Source: Octopus vulgaris
Taxonomy: Eukaryota
NCBI GenBank assembly: GCA_951406725.2
Contig: OX597837.1
Coordinates: forward strand, 39,432,001-39,496,000
DNA: 64,000 nucleotides
Direction of reading: 5' to 3'
Under the pieces are notes generated by a model. The model made no database searches, was not told the origin of the DNA, and was given only the letters and a program-made list of their open reading frames with translations. Made by a program: the position numbers and the translations under genes. Shown in pieces: positions 12,468 through 27,342 of this stretch (position 1 is its first letter; each line of letters opens with the position of its first letter).

Positions 12468-12940
12468 CTAGCAGTATAAGCATTTTTAGAGAGTTACTTC
12501 CCTTATAGATGCCAATTCGGGCTTTCTTAGCCATTTCTGTTTTGGTGTCTTCAAGCCATGAAGTCGTTGTTCTAAAAGAACGCTGGTCTCCTTGACAACG
12601 CTTTACGACGTTGATTTCCTTACACTCCCTTCCCCACAGCTTCACGAGGGAGGGAAGAAGGGGGAGAAGCAAACAGGTGCAGGTGTGACCATGGACGCCA
12701 ACTCCGCCGCCATCGACACACGAAAAATTATGCATTAAAATGGAATAAAAAATGATGTTAAATTATTTTTAAAATCGTAGACTCATCGTAGACGCGCGCT
12801 AATACACAGACGGGCTCGATATGAATCACGACTATAAGATACCCGAATTTGGTTAAACTGCACCGCAAAATGTGGGAGTAGTTAGGAATCTAAATCGAAG
12901 GGGACAGACACTCACACAACTACAGTTTTATATATATAGA
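12468..12940 (-). mobile_element. non-autonomous Helitron
   Basis: Minus strand begins A|TCTATATATATAAAAC (12940) and ends ...ATACTGCTAG|T (12468). These are canonical TC/CTAG ends at an AT target. No sub-terminal hairpin is evident. Confidence 0.8.
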
Positions 12941-13292
12941 TTTTCTTCGGAGGATTTTGTTCTATTTATGAGAGGGAATTTTCTATATATGAACGGTATT
13001 TTAAGTAAGAGATTTTCTTCTTTCAATTATTAAAGGAAATCCTTCGACTAACAATAAAAGATAAAATGCAAAAAAAAAAATTAAATAATAATACAATAAA
13101 TGCGCTGATTTCCTCGGGCAACCAAGTTTCTTATTGTTAAGTAAAAATACTTATTAAGCACCTTAAGCGAGCTATATATATATATATATATATATACAAA
13201 TACAGATACTGGTATGTATATATATATATATATATATATATACACAAATACAGATACAGATATATATAGTATATACATACACAAATACATAC

Positions 13293-13338
<46 letters not shown>

Positions 13339-13409
13339 GTATATATACGAATGGATATATATGTATTTATGTATATACGCATACATGTATGCGTATATAC
13401 ATATATGCG

Positions 13410-13498
<89 letters not shown>

Positions 13499-13752
13499 CA
13501 TAAATAATATCTGCCTCTCTCTCTATACATCTACGCACACACTCACAACCACCACCACCACCTACAAGAACAACAACAACTAATATATCAACGGTTAAGA
13601 TATTAAAATATAGGAAATATATCAGATGCCTAGATAGAAGGATGTTACTTGTTAACAGTACTAGAGTACACAAAATTTCATATACGACACATAGAAGATG
13701 AGCTACAGAAGAATCTCTTAATATAATAATGAGCGTAGTGTTTTTATACATT

Positions 13753-13814
<62 letters not shown>

Positions 13815-14123
13815 TAGAATCACACCTGACGTGGAGGAGGCGAGAAAATAGTAATTCAGTGAAGGAGAAGTAGTGAGAGTAATAGGCCTGATTGAGAAGG
13901 AGTGAGAGAAAGTAATAGCAATGAGAGAAATGAAGGGGTGATTGATAAATAAGGAAGGAAAGGGGTGAAGATATCAGCGTTTCAACTCTGCGTGAGTATA
14001 TGTGTGATTATTATGCACCTTATTTTGTACCTTATTTATATATATAAAATACTACAATTAGCAATCATTTTGGACGGTACGAGGTCAGCTAGTAATTAAT
14101 GATAAACAACAAGCCAAAAATGA

Positions 14124-14159
<36 letters not shown>

Positions 14160-14254
14160 ACACACACAAGTATATCAGAATACAAAAACGGAATGTAGTT
14201 TTAATAGTTAAATAATTCAAAATCGAATAAACATCATAATAAACATCATAATCA

Positions 14255-14300
14255 TTCTTCACTCTGATGACGAGACGGAGACGGTCTCCGAAATTTCATG
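14255..14300 (+). ncRNA. degenerate hammerhead motif
   Basis: CUGAUGA-C-GAGAC(ggagacg)GUCUC-C-GAAA-UUUC. Core and helix II are clear; helices I and III are poor. Confidence 0.55.
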
Positions 14301-14326
14301 TATGCTCTGTGGTGAACATAAAGGAC

Positions 14327-14396
<70 letters not shown>

Positions 14397-14538
14397 CATA
14401 ACTATAAATAAGGGCAAAAGAAAAAAATTCTATGCCAACATGCTGAGAAATAGACCACATACAATATACATCACTATAAATACACATCGTGCTGAATCAA
14501 GGAAAGCAAGATAACAGAATTTTTTTTTTAAATGCGTT

Positions 14539-14600
14539 ATCTCTATATCGAACGATTTCGAGATTAATTCAGCGTATTTTTCCACTCCTCAGCAGAAGAT
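14539..14600 (-). ncRNA. type-I hammerhead motif inside a ~370-bp unit between microsatellites
   Basis: Minus strand: aucuucug-CUGAGGA-G...C-GAAA-UCG(uu)CGA-UA-uagagau. Helix III is AUCG/CGAU, the triplet is AUA, and helix I has 7 bp with one bulge. Confidence 0.7.
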
Positions 14601-14756
14601 ACGATAAGAATTAAATGAAATACTTACAAGCACCCACGGGAAAAAAAAAAGCAGGAACAAAGTCATGGGTACACTTAAGTACCCCAGATATATCTAAATA
14701 TAAATTCCGTAGCAAGCCTCAACACACGTGTAATCGGTCAGGAACCTCAACTAATT

Positions 14757-14848
<92 letters not shown>

Positions 14849-14877
14849 CACACACACATATATATACCTTAATTCTA

Positions 14878-14909
<32 letters not shown>

Positions 14910-14994
14910 CCTGTGCATATATGTATGTATATACATGTATAAATATACGTATGTATGTATTAATACACACAGATACATATATATATATATATAT

Positions 14995-15035
<41 letters not shown>

Positions 15036-15248
15036 TACATATATGTATACATATATGTACATATACATAAATAAGTATACATATATAAACATATAGATAC
15101 ACATTCACGTATATACATATATATAAATAAATATATATATCTACATATATATAGAAAGAGAGAGAGAGAATGAGAGAGAGATAAAAAGAGAGAGAGAAAA
15201 TGAGACATAGAGAGAGAGATAAAGAGAGATATAGATATAGACAGATAG

Positions 15249-15324
<76 letters not shown>

Positions 15325-15554
15325 TTCCTGTGTCATATAGACACATAGGGACGGTTTACCCGGTTTTTCGTGGAGTATATTTTCCAGAAGTGGACGGGAC
15401 AGGACCCAGGTCCGTCGCAGGGGGCTCTCATTACTGGCCCCTGAGTGAACTGGAACAACGTAAAATGAAGTGTTTTGCTCGGCCCTCGCCAGGTCCAGGA
15501 ATCGAAACCACAATCTACCGATCATGAGTCCAACACCCCAACCACGCGTCTCCC

Positions 15555-15596
<42 letters not shown>

Positions 15597-15963
15597 ACTC
15601 TCTTTCTCTCTCTACACGTAAATATGCTCCCTTCCTCCCACCTTTAACAAATGACAAATACTAGAGTATATATATAAACATACCGTATATCTTGAAGTGC
15701 TGCCAAATTCCATCACACTTTTATATTCTTTCCTGCAAAGATATAAAGAAATTTCACGTCAGTTAATAGAATCAACAGAAAACAAAACACACACACACAT
15801 GTACACACGTATACACACCAACACGTGCGCATACACACATATACACACATTATTATGGAATAACAGAATTGAATATTGATTGAATAACGGAAGTTGCAAA
15901 GAAATAATTGCATGGTTTTGGAGAATGGAGGAATTATAACTGATATCAACCCCACCACATTGT

Positions 15964-16045
15964 TAGATAGACACGCAGACAGGCATACAGACAGATAGAT
16001 AGATAAGATTATTTGAGGGATAGACAGATAGGCACACAGATAGAC

Positions 16046-16117
<72 letters not shown>

Positions 16118-16140
16118 TGGTAGACTGATAGACAGATGAG

Positions 16141-16220
<80 letters not shown>

Positions 16221-16285
16221 TGGTAGACTGATAGACAGATGAGAGATAGATAAGTGGATAGAAAGAGAGATAGATAGATAGATAC

Positions 16286-16345
<60 letters not shown>

Positions 16346-16462
16346 GTCGTATAAGGGACAGAGAGATAGATAGTTGGATAAAAAGATAGACAGACAGATA
16401 AATAGTTAGATAGATAGATAGATAGAAAGAAATAGATAGATAGATAGATAGATAGATAAATC

Positions 16463-16495
<33 letters not shown>

Positions 16496-16681
16496 ATCGA
16501 TAGATAGATAGAGAGATAGATAGATAGATAAATAGACAGATTGGTAGACTGGTAGACAGATAGAGGGATAGAAAGACAGATAGATAAGTGGATAGATAAA
16601 TATATAGGTCGAATAACAGACAGAGAGACAGATAGATGGATAAATAGATAGACAGATAGACAGACAGACAGATAGACATAC

Positions 16682-16715
<34 letters not shown>
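15964..16715. repeat. (GATA)n microsatellite
   Basis: Direct tandem GATA/GACA. Confidence 0.97.
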
Positions 16716-16954
16716 ATTATATGCCAGTATAACGACACCAAAGACCGGCAAAACTTCAAAGACAATGTCAATAAAAATTATTGTGAATTAAAAGTATTTG
16801 ACTCCATCCTGTTCGCGAGTCTTTTATTCATTTAACGCTCGATGTCAGAAACGTTTCATTCTAAACTATATACGTACGTATGCCTGTGTGCTTATGTCTT
16901 TTTGCACGCGCGTGTGCCTGCATAATACATGCGCATACAAATATACATGCATAC

Positions 16955-17828
16955 GTACATACATACATACATACATACATACATACAGACATACATACAT
17001 ACATACGTACGTACATACATACATACATACATACGTGCATACATACATACATACATACATACATACATACATACATACATACATTCATACATACATACAT
17101 ACATACATACATACATACATACATACATACATACATACATACATACATACATACATACATACATACATACATACATGCATACACATACATACATACATAC
17201 ATACGTGCATACATACATACATACATGCATACATACATACATACATACATACATACCTACATACATACATACATACATGCATACATACATACATACATAC
17301 ATACATACATAAATACATACATACATACATACATGCATGCATGCATAAATACATACATACATACATACATACATACATACATACATACATACATACATAC
17401 ATACATACATACATACATACATACATACATACATACATACATACATACATACATACATACATACATACATACATACATACATACATACATACATACATAC
17501 ATACATACATACATACATACATACATACATGCATACATACATACATACATACATACACACATACATACATACATACGTACATACATACATACATACATAC
17601 CTACATACCTACATACATACATACATACATACAAGCATGCATATATACCTACATACATACACACATACATACATACATACCTACATACATACATACATAC
17701 ATACATACATACAAGCATGCATACATACCTACATACATACACACATACATACATACCTACCTACATACATACATACATACATACATACATACATACATAC
17801 ATACATACATACATACATACATACATAC
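16955..17828. repeat. (TACA)n microsatellite
   Basis: Direct tandem; source of the HTYI/MYVC pseudo-ORFs. Confidence 0.97.
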
Positions 17829-18316
17829 ACGATGGCTGTCTCACATTCAGCCTGTTTGTTCTGGTTTGCTTTCATCCTTTCACGCACCCGGATACGAGTT
17901 TTCATGCTGCGCAGCCATCGCCACAGGATTTCGTAAAATACAAAACGGATCAATAAATGAAATGATAGCAAAACATATATACGTCATATGGATTTAAATA
18001 ACAAAAGCTTGTGCAACACTTTCGCCTGTCTCCCTCGGCCTCTTCAGTAGGTTCCAGTGACAAGCATTGTCTCGTTCTATTTTAATTGCTAGTTTTGTGT
18101 TAAGAGTAACTTTCTCTTAGAAGATCTGCCTTACCCACGTCTTAGAAATAACGATAGCTTCCTCCACCCTTGGGAAATCTGTTTAAATTCATTGATGGGG
18201 CCCTGTTAGGTATGACAGTTATGGGTTAGGACGGGCCTGGGAGTAAAGGTAACTAAGGAGTGACTCCACGCTCCACACAAACACAACCCCCGATCTGGAA
18301 CCTCAACACTGGATGT

Positions 18317-18850
18317 CATACCTACCTACCTACCTACCTACCTACCTACCTACCTACCTACCTACCTACCTACCTACCTACCTACCTACCTACCTACCTA
18401 CCTACCTACCAACCTACCTACCTACCTACCTACCTACATATCTACCTACCTACCTACCTACCTACCTACCTACCTACCTACCTACCTACTTATCTACCTA
18501 CCTACCTACCTACCTACTTATCTACCTACCTACCTGCCTACCTACCTACCTACCTACCTACCTACCTACCTACCTTCCTATTTACCTACCTACCTACAAC
18601 CCAACATACATATATACCTATCTACCTACCCAGCAACATACACAGGTACTTACATGCATACATACAAACATATATACACATATACATACATACATAAATA
18701 CATACATACATACATACATAAATACATACATACATACATACATACATACAAACATACACACACATACATATATGCGCAAACAAAAACATACATAGGTACA
18801 TACAGGCATACATATATACATACATATATATATAAACATACTCATACATT
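18317..18850. repeat. (CCTA)n grading into (TACA)n
   Basis: Direct tandem repeats. Confidence 0.95.
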
Positions 18851-18869
18851 CATATTTACATCCATCATG

Positions 18870-19059
18870 TTGAACCGTTAATCCCTACACACTTTTCTCT
18901 CTTCGTTTTTCTTCGCTCTCTCTCTATTCTTTTCTTTCGTCTCATGAGGAGGAGCGTAGGCTCGAAACGTCAAAGACCTTTCCATTCTTCACGAGCGTCG
19001 AACTAATACACCTGCTTGTTGTTCCCACCTGTCTCCGTCTTTTGTCCTCTATAAATTTG

Positions 19060-19062
<3 letters not shown>
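18870..19062 (+). mobile_element. hammerhead-bearing repeat family H1, motif at 18939-18977
   Basis: gucuc-AUGAGGA-G-GAGC(guag)GCUC-GAAAC-GUC-aaagac. The 3' end cacctgtctccgtctttt...aaatttgaac runs directly into (TA)n. Confidence 0.75.
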
Positions 19063-19107
<45 letters not shown>

Positions 19108-19221
19108 TCATATAAATATATATATAAATTTTTATGCAAAAATTAATATGAACAGCCATGCGCAATGTGTTAACATAAAGAACAAATACAATTGTAACTA
19201 AATACTACTACTACTACTACA

Positions 19222-19291
<70 letters not shown>

Positions 19292-19741
19292 TATACATAT
19301 ACATATATATATATTAATCGCATTTAGTTATATATGTATATATATATATACATACATATATATATATATTTATATATATATGTAAATATATATATATATA
19401 TTTATATATATACATATATATATATATGTCTATATGTATGTATGTATACATATATTTATATGAGTATATATATATACAAACACGCATGCATATGTACATT
19501 TGTACGGACATGCATATAGCCATACACCCATATACATGCTCATACGAACATATGTAAGCATGTATGTGTGTATGTATATATGCAATGTTTTATGTATCTT
19601 GGAAAAGCTCATGATAGGAAGCTGAGAGAAGTGAGAACTTCAAAGAGCAGGAAGAAATGCCGCCAGGCATGTCTTCCGACGCGTAAACGATTCTGCCAGC
19701 TCACCTCACCGCCAAAATAATCATAAAATGATGCTGCTGCT

Positions 19742-19742
19742 G

Positions 19743-19815
<73 letters not shown>

Positions 19816-19850
19816 TAATAATAATAATAATAATAATGATAATAATAATA

Positions 19851-19908
<58 letters not shown>

Positions 19909-19928
19909 TAATAATAATGATAATAATG

Positions 19929-19965
<37 letters not shown>

Positions 19966-19985
19966 TAATAATAATAGTAATAATG

Positions 19986-20049
<64 letters not shown>

Positions 20050-20066
20050 TAATAATAATAATGATG

Positions 20067-20117
<51 letters not shown>

Positions 20118-20166
20118 GCAATGATGATGATGATAATGATGATGATGATGATAATGATGATGATGA
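19742..20166. repeat. (AAT)n/(GAT)n microsatellite
   Basis: Direct tandem. Confidence 0.97.
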
Positions 20167-20312
20167 TAGTTGTTTCAGGTTTTGACACAAGGCCAGCAAT
20201 TTTAGCAGAGGGTGTAAGTTCGATCTCTTCGCTCCCAGTGTTGTCTACACCACCTGTCTTCGTCTTATGTTCTTTTGTGTGAATTCTCCCTATATATATA
20301 TATATATATATA

Positions 20313-20702
20313 TCAGATATTGATTAATTAATGATTTTTTGGCTAATTCTGAAATTAAATCAGCAGTTTATATTTGCTGCTGATAAGTTTGGCGCGGTGA
20401 CGGTAGATTTTGAAAATTTAGAATATATATTCTCAAGGCGTCGATGCTGTCGCCTCGTGGATATATATTTCCCTGGCTTCTTTTGCTGACGAGACAGGCC
20501 AGTGGCAAATAGATTTAATTTAATTTAATTAAATCGGTTTGCCAATATGTATGTCGAAACTATGCATAGTCCAAAGATGATAAGGGTAAATGTTTTTATT
20601 TTCCTTTGGTTTCTGAATTACAACTATTTAGCGGTTTGAGTTTAGCTGCTCTTTCTAGTGGGTCGAATGGCCTATCAAGGCCATTCCTTAATATTGTTGA
20701 AT

Positions 20703-20703
<1 letters not shown>
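20313..20703 (+). mobile_element. ~390-bp structured unit flanked by (TA)n (Penelope pseudo-LTR- or retrozyme-like)
   Basis: Unique sequence with (TA)n on both sides, several hairpins (20359-20384, 20420-20433, 20436-20455) and a complete hammerhead. Confidence 0.65.
20479..20577 (+). ncRNA. canonical type-I hammerhead ribozyme with extended helix II
   Basis: ucuuuug-CUGACGA(20486-20492)-GACA...UGUC-GAAA(20556-20559)-C-UAUGCAUA-GUC(20569-20571)-caaaga. All core bases are present. Confidence 0.88.
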
Positions 20704-20800
<97 letters not shown>

Positions 20801-20822
20801 TGTATGTATGTATATTCACATA

Positions 20823-21042
20823 CAGGAGTGGGTGTTGAACAGTTCTTGGCTTTGGGTAAAAGAAAATACTGGGGGATCAGTTAATTATGATTTTATTCAA
20901 CATATTCCCCTTTCAGATTTACACACTTATTGCAACGGTCCTTCAGTTTTTCTAAGCCCTGTTAAAGAACCCGGAAGGTTGGGCCTGCAAACAGGCCTTT
21001 CACGATACTCTTGAAGTGAAGAACTTTTCAGCACCCTCCTCG
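20823..21042. mobile_element. mariner-type MITE (family B)
   Basis: Inverted ends gggtgttgaacagttctt / aagaacttttcagcaccc. Homologous copy at 28254-28475. Confidence 0.8.
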
Positions 21043-21063
21043 TGTGTGTGTGTTTGTGTCCTT

Positions 21064-21400
21064 ACCGGATGCGGGATGACAGGCTTCCTATGCTTTTGTT
21101 TTACGGGGAGTTGCAACGTGGTAAACGTCCGAGACATAAACCAAAGAAATATTTTAAGGACGTCGTCAAAAGCAACCCTAAGGTCCTTAGGGTGAATGTT
21201 GGAGATGATGGAAGATCGATCGGAGTGAAAAGCAGTGATCTACGATGGTTGTAAAGCGTCTGAAGTACGGATAATCGAACAATCCATCTTGAAACGAGGA
21301 CCTCGTAAACAGGACTTGACTTCAATCCCTGGCATTGTCCCAACTGAGAGTATTTGTAACATTTGCAGTTGGGTCTTTTTGTCCAAGGCCAGAGATCGTG
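21064..21400 (+). pseudogene. RTE-clade LINE ORF C-terminal fragment
   Basis: RMRDDRLPMLLFYGELQRGKRPRHKPKKYFKDVVK followed by a CxxC motif (ICNIC); frameshifted. Confidence 0.85.
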
Positions 21401-21927
21401 TGACGGCATTTACTAATGAAAGAGACGGCCTTCCTCAGTAAAGGAGTGACAATCTCTATGTATGTATGTATGTATGTATGTATGTATGTATGTATGTATG
21501 TATGTATGTATGTATGTATGTATGTATGTATGTATGTGTGTATGTATGTATGTATGTATGTACGTATGTATGTATGTATGTATGTACGTATGTATGTATG
21601 CATGTATGTGTGTATGTATGTACGCATATATCTCTGTATGTATGCGTGTGTGTATTCACGTATGTATGTATGTATGTATCTATGCATATATATATGCATG
21701 TATGTACGTACGTATATACGCATGTATGTACGCATGTATATATGTATATACAGATGTATGTATATACGTACTACGTATGTATGTGTGTGTGTATGTATAT
21801 ACGCGTGGAGATTTTTCACACCCATAATTGTATTTAACAGTTATTTACAGCATATTTAATTAGACGGCATCTGAAACAGACTGGAGAGGAAATAGGGTAA
21901 CCGCCAGGATAACATCTCTTTAAACTC

Positions 21928-21989
<62 letters not shown>

Positions 21990-21993
<4 letters not shown>

Positions 21994-22293
21994 ACCGTGA
22001 GCGACCAGGCTATCAGATGTTGTTACACATCGCTGGTCACAATGCGCTTCGCATTGTTTTAGCCTTCAAATGACGCCACCCCGCTGGCTAAGCGAGCGGG
22101 CCAACAGAAGAAAGAATGAGAGAAAGTTGTGGTGAAAGAGTACAGCAGGGATCGCCACCACCCCCTGCCGGAGCCTCGTGAAGTTTTAGGTGTTTTCGCT
22201 CAATAAACACTCACAACGCCCGGTCTGGGAATCGAAACTGCGATCCTACGACTACGAGTCCGTTGCCCTAACCACTAGGCCATTGCGCCTCCA
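21990..22293 (-). mobile_element. SINE family C, tail type ii, inserted in (TA)n
   Basis: Same head and core as 22911 but with tail ...cattgtgaccagcgatgtgtaacaacatctga. That tail also occurs at 12250-12352. Confidence 0.88.
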
Positions 22294-22910
22294 CTATATA
22301 TATATTGGAAATGCGGGTCTAGGTACGCCTTGTGCATTCAAGCAATCTTCGGATTCTAAGCACGTAGTGTAAACATAAGGACAAGCAAACCAAACCTATA
22401 TACCATGTATAAGCTAATGTATGCATCGTTTGGTAACTTTGAGCAATGATACCACAGGACTTATTTCGTAAATATTGAAAAGGCGAATGCATCCTAATTA
22501 TCCAATTACATCTGGTGTTTGAAAGAACATGCTTGCAATTTGGCACCTTATAGAAATGGTTCCAAACGTTGCAGGTTATGTATCGCTGACAATTTGTGTA
22601 TTTGTGTGTATGTGACTTGGCATGATTAAATGATTACTTTGGCTGTTTATCAAGCTGTGTTTCCGTAACTCCTATTCACTCTTGATTTCTCTTAAATGAA
22701 GCGTCACAAATTTCTTTTTTGTACGAATGCCATAAAGAAGCGGTTGTAGGCTGCCAGCAAGCGAGTCAATAATGCAGGTTCGATTCACGTTCGATCTGCT
22801 GCAATTTACTAATTACTTTTCGGAAAAAGAATGTCTTCCGACTTTAGTCGATAACTATTCCTTACGTAAACCAACAACGAAGCCTTTACGTAGTACCTTA
22901 ACTTGCTAGA

Positions 22911-23298
22911 GTGGAGGCGCAATGACCCAGTAGTTAGGGCAGCGGACTCGCGGTCGTAGGATCGTGGTTTCGATTCCCAGACCGGGCGTTGTGAGTGTTT
23001 ATTGAGCGAAAACACCTAAAAGCTCCACGAGGCTCCGGCAGGGGATGGTGGTGATCCCTGCTGTACTCTTTCACCACAACTTTCTCTCACTCTTACTTCC
23101 TGTTTCTGTTGTACCTGTATTTCAAAAGGCCGGCCTTGTCACTCTCTGTGTCACGCTGAATATCCCCGAGAACTACGTTAAGGGTACACGTGTCTGTGGA
23201 GTGCTCAGCCACTTACACGTTAATTTCACGAGCAGGCTGTTCCGTTGATTCGGATCAACCGGAACCCTCGTCGTCGTAACCGACGGAGTGCTTCCATC
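22911..23298 (+). mobile_element. SINE family C, tail type i, 11-bp TSD
   Basis: tRNA-like head. AACTTGCTAGA at 22900-22910 and 23299-23309. Similar copy at 44263-44612. Confidence 0.92.
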
Positions 23299-23779
23299 AA
23301 CTTGCTAGAAACAACCTACAAATCTTCCGCAAGCATTTGGTCCGGCATGCTAACGACTCTGCCATCTCGCCACCTTAATGATAATATTAAATATGCAATT
23401 TGCGGAAGATTTGTAGCTATGATGCTCCCCATCTACTTCTGCTCGTGATCAGGGATGCACATATCGTCAGCCACTAAGCGACATGCTCAACTGGTTAAGG
23501 TCTCAAACAGCTGACAAGCAAATCTGTGGTATTGAGCAGAATATTTGCTGTAGCCCACCTTTTATACTATTGTCATCATCATCATCATCACCATCGTCAT
23601 CGTCATCGTCATCGTCATCATCATCATCATCATCATCGTTGACATCATCGTCATCGTCGTCGTCGTCATCATCATTATCACCGCCGTCGTCGTCGTCATC
23701 ATCATCGTCGTCGTTGTCATAATCATCATTATCGTCGTCGTCGTCATCGTTGTCGCCGTCGTCATCGTTGTCGCCGTCG

Positions 23780-23814
<35 letters not shown>

Positions 23815-24261
23815 GCAATCATCATTGCTTTTGCCAAGATACAGACAACTCGAACTATGGATTCCTTTGGTATTACATTCTTATCATCAACATCTGTTAA
23901 ATTCCGATTCTTCATTTGATTTCAGATTTTTTTTTTGTTTTTAAATTTCTTTATTTCTTGTTTTTTTTTTTATTTCATAAAATTATGAAAAATCAAAATA
24001 TTTACAAAAGTAACCAAAAAAAAAAAAGCAAAAACAAAACAAAACAAAACATTCTCGTAGAATATGAATGAAGAGACAAATGCGAAGCGAGGGCTGTCAA
24101 CTCTTTCTGTCAAACCATTTCCATTAATGGACGAAATCTAATTTAAAAGTAATTTGGAGATTGGACATTATTGCATGAACGGATGCAAGTATGGCGACCG
24201 GAAGCCGTCCTTTATTGCATGTATGTGTTTAAGAATACATGTTTATGCTTACATATGTATG

Positions 24262-25056
<795 letters not shown>

Positions 25057-26192
25057 TTGATTGATTGATTGATGGATAGATTAAAAGAGAGCCAGAAATT
25101 ATTGGCTGGTTTGTAGAATTTAATATATAAACAGGGTGCAGTTGAAGTGATGGCGATGGCAATGGTGGTGGTGCTGAAAGAAGATGGGTGTGGTTACCTT
25201 GCTGAAGTGTGAATGAGGGTGCATTGCGATGCACAGTGTGTGTGTATGTGTGTGTGTTGAGGGTGTAAAATTTGGCAAACTTGAAAGCAAAGTCAGGAGG
25301 CTGGTTGGTTGGTTGTTGGGTTGGTCGGTGGGTGGCTTGGTAGGTTGGTCGGATGAGGTGAGATACAATGGGTGGGTGGTGGGTAGAGTCGTGGGTGGAT
25401 TGATGGTGGTGTTAGAAGTCGTCTAGTCTAACACTTGGAAGAAGTGATATTGACAGGCAATGTTTGCCAGCCATTAAAAGTAAAGAGAAAATAAAAAAAT
25501 AAAAAATTCCAAGACAAAAAGAAAAACACAATCAATCCGAAGGGTGGCGGGTGGCGGATGTGTTGTGGGCTGAGAGAAGGAGGAGAGAAGAAAGAGCAAA
25601 AGTGTGCGAGAAAACGAGAAGGAGAAGCGGAGTCTTTTGACAGGCCGGTTCACGATTGGTTCAGCACTCCTCAAGGAAGACTTATCCCATTTCTTTGCCC
25701 AATCAATAGCATAGAGAAGAGGTCAGCAATGGGGCTAGAATTAGCCCCGAGGGTGAGGATGGTGGAAATATGTGACTTTCCAAGGAGTCTATATCCCGAT
25801 TATATTAATACAATATGACCGAATTTTGTTTTGTTCTTTATCAATTTCGTTAAGTGTTTTCGTTAAGTGTTTTCATTTCTTTAAATATTTCTTATCTAAA
25901 AGCGGTAATGGCATAAAAGAGCGAAGAAAATTACTGATTTTTGTTTTTAAATAAAGAAATTATTTTATCAGTAATTCTTAATTTTATTTTAGACACTTAC
26001 ATGATTGGGTTGATAAGCAACGATTTTATGAAGGGTTCTATAATATATATTTGTCACCTCGTGACATAGAGTATTCAACTGTAATATAAAGCAGTCGGTA
26101 ACAAAATTACCCACCTCCATGTTGGGTAAATAAATTTGTAAATTTATGCTATATTCAGCTTATCATTTAGTAAACAATAAATATCTTATACA

Positions 26193-26830
26193 AGGCGGCG
26201 AGCTGGCAGAATCGTTAGCACGCCGGGCGAAACGCTCAGTGGTATTTCGTCTGCCGTTACGTTCTGAGTTCAAATTCCGCCGAGGTCGACTTTGCCTTTC
26301 ATCCTTTCGGGGTCGATAAATTAAAGTACCAGTTACGCACTGGAGTCGATGTGATCGACTTTATCCGTTTGTCTGTTCTTGTTTGTCCCTTCTGTGTTTA
26401 GCCCCTTGTGGGTAGTAAAGAAATAGGTATTTCGTCTGCCGCGGTATTTCTGAGTTCAAATTCCGCCGAGGTCGACTTTACCTTTCATCCTTTCGGGGTC
26501 GATTAAATAAGTACCAGCTACACTCTGGGGTCGATGTAATCGACTTAATCCGTTTGTCTGTCCTTTTTTGTCCCCTCTGTGTGTAGCACCTTGTGGGCAG
26601 TAAAGAAATAAGAAACGTTAGCACGCCGGGCGAAATGCTTAGCGATATTTCGTCTGTCTTTACGTTCTGAGTTCAAATTCCGGCGAGGCCGACTTTGCCT
26701 TTCATCCTTTCGGGGTCGATAAATTAAGGACCAGTTACGCACTGGGGTCGATGTAATCGACTTAATCCCTTTGTCTGTCCTTGTTTGTTCCCTCTATGTT
26801 TAGCCCCTTGTGGGCAATAAAGAAATAAGA
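26193..26830 (+). mobile_element. SINE family A trimer
   Basis: Head ggcggcgagctggcagaatcgttagcacg followed by three core+tail units, each ending gtggg(t/c)a(g/a)taaagaaata. Confidence 0.9.
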
Positions 26831-26898
26831 AGTGAAGAGTTACGATTTATCACCACAGAGAGGTGTGTGGTGGTGGTGGTGAGATAACTTTTCAAATA

Positions 26899-27136
26899 CA
26901 TCAATCCCTCGACTATCGCGGGTGTTACATTCCAAAATCCACCGCGGTAGGTGAAAATCCGCGAAGTAGAAACAGTACTGTACTGTATATATATATATAT
27001 ATTCTTTTATTATTTTTATAATTTGTATATATTTAATTTATTATAAATGCAAAACAACACCACGGTGGAATCGACGTAAGCTTAAATAATAAACCGCGAT
27101 AAGTGAACCACGATATGGAACCGCGAGGGATCACTG
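26899..27136. mobile_element. Tigger/pogo-like MITE
   Basis: TA|catcaatccctcg ... cgagggatcactg|TA. Confidence 0.75.
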
Positions 27137-27342
27137 TATTAATAAAGTGGAAGTATGCAAAAATGAACATTATTTTCCATCTTAGTCTTAGCTTTGCTTC
27201 ATTTTGAAAAATAAAAAATATATTTTATGGTTTATTAATGTTGATATTTTGAATACATATACAGGGTGTTCAAAATGTCTCCCCGCAGTGAATTTTTTGA
27301 AGACACCATCAACACTGAGAGATATTACTCAAGTACTGTCTA

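Noticed and set aside
18005-18052. Minus-strand CUGAAGA-G-GCC...GGC-GAAA core
   Set aside because: No helix I partner after any plausible cleavage triplet; not counted among the hammerheads.
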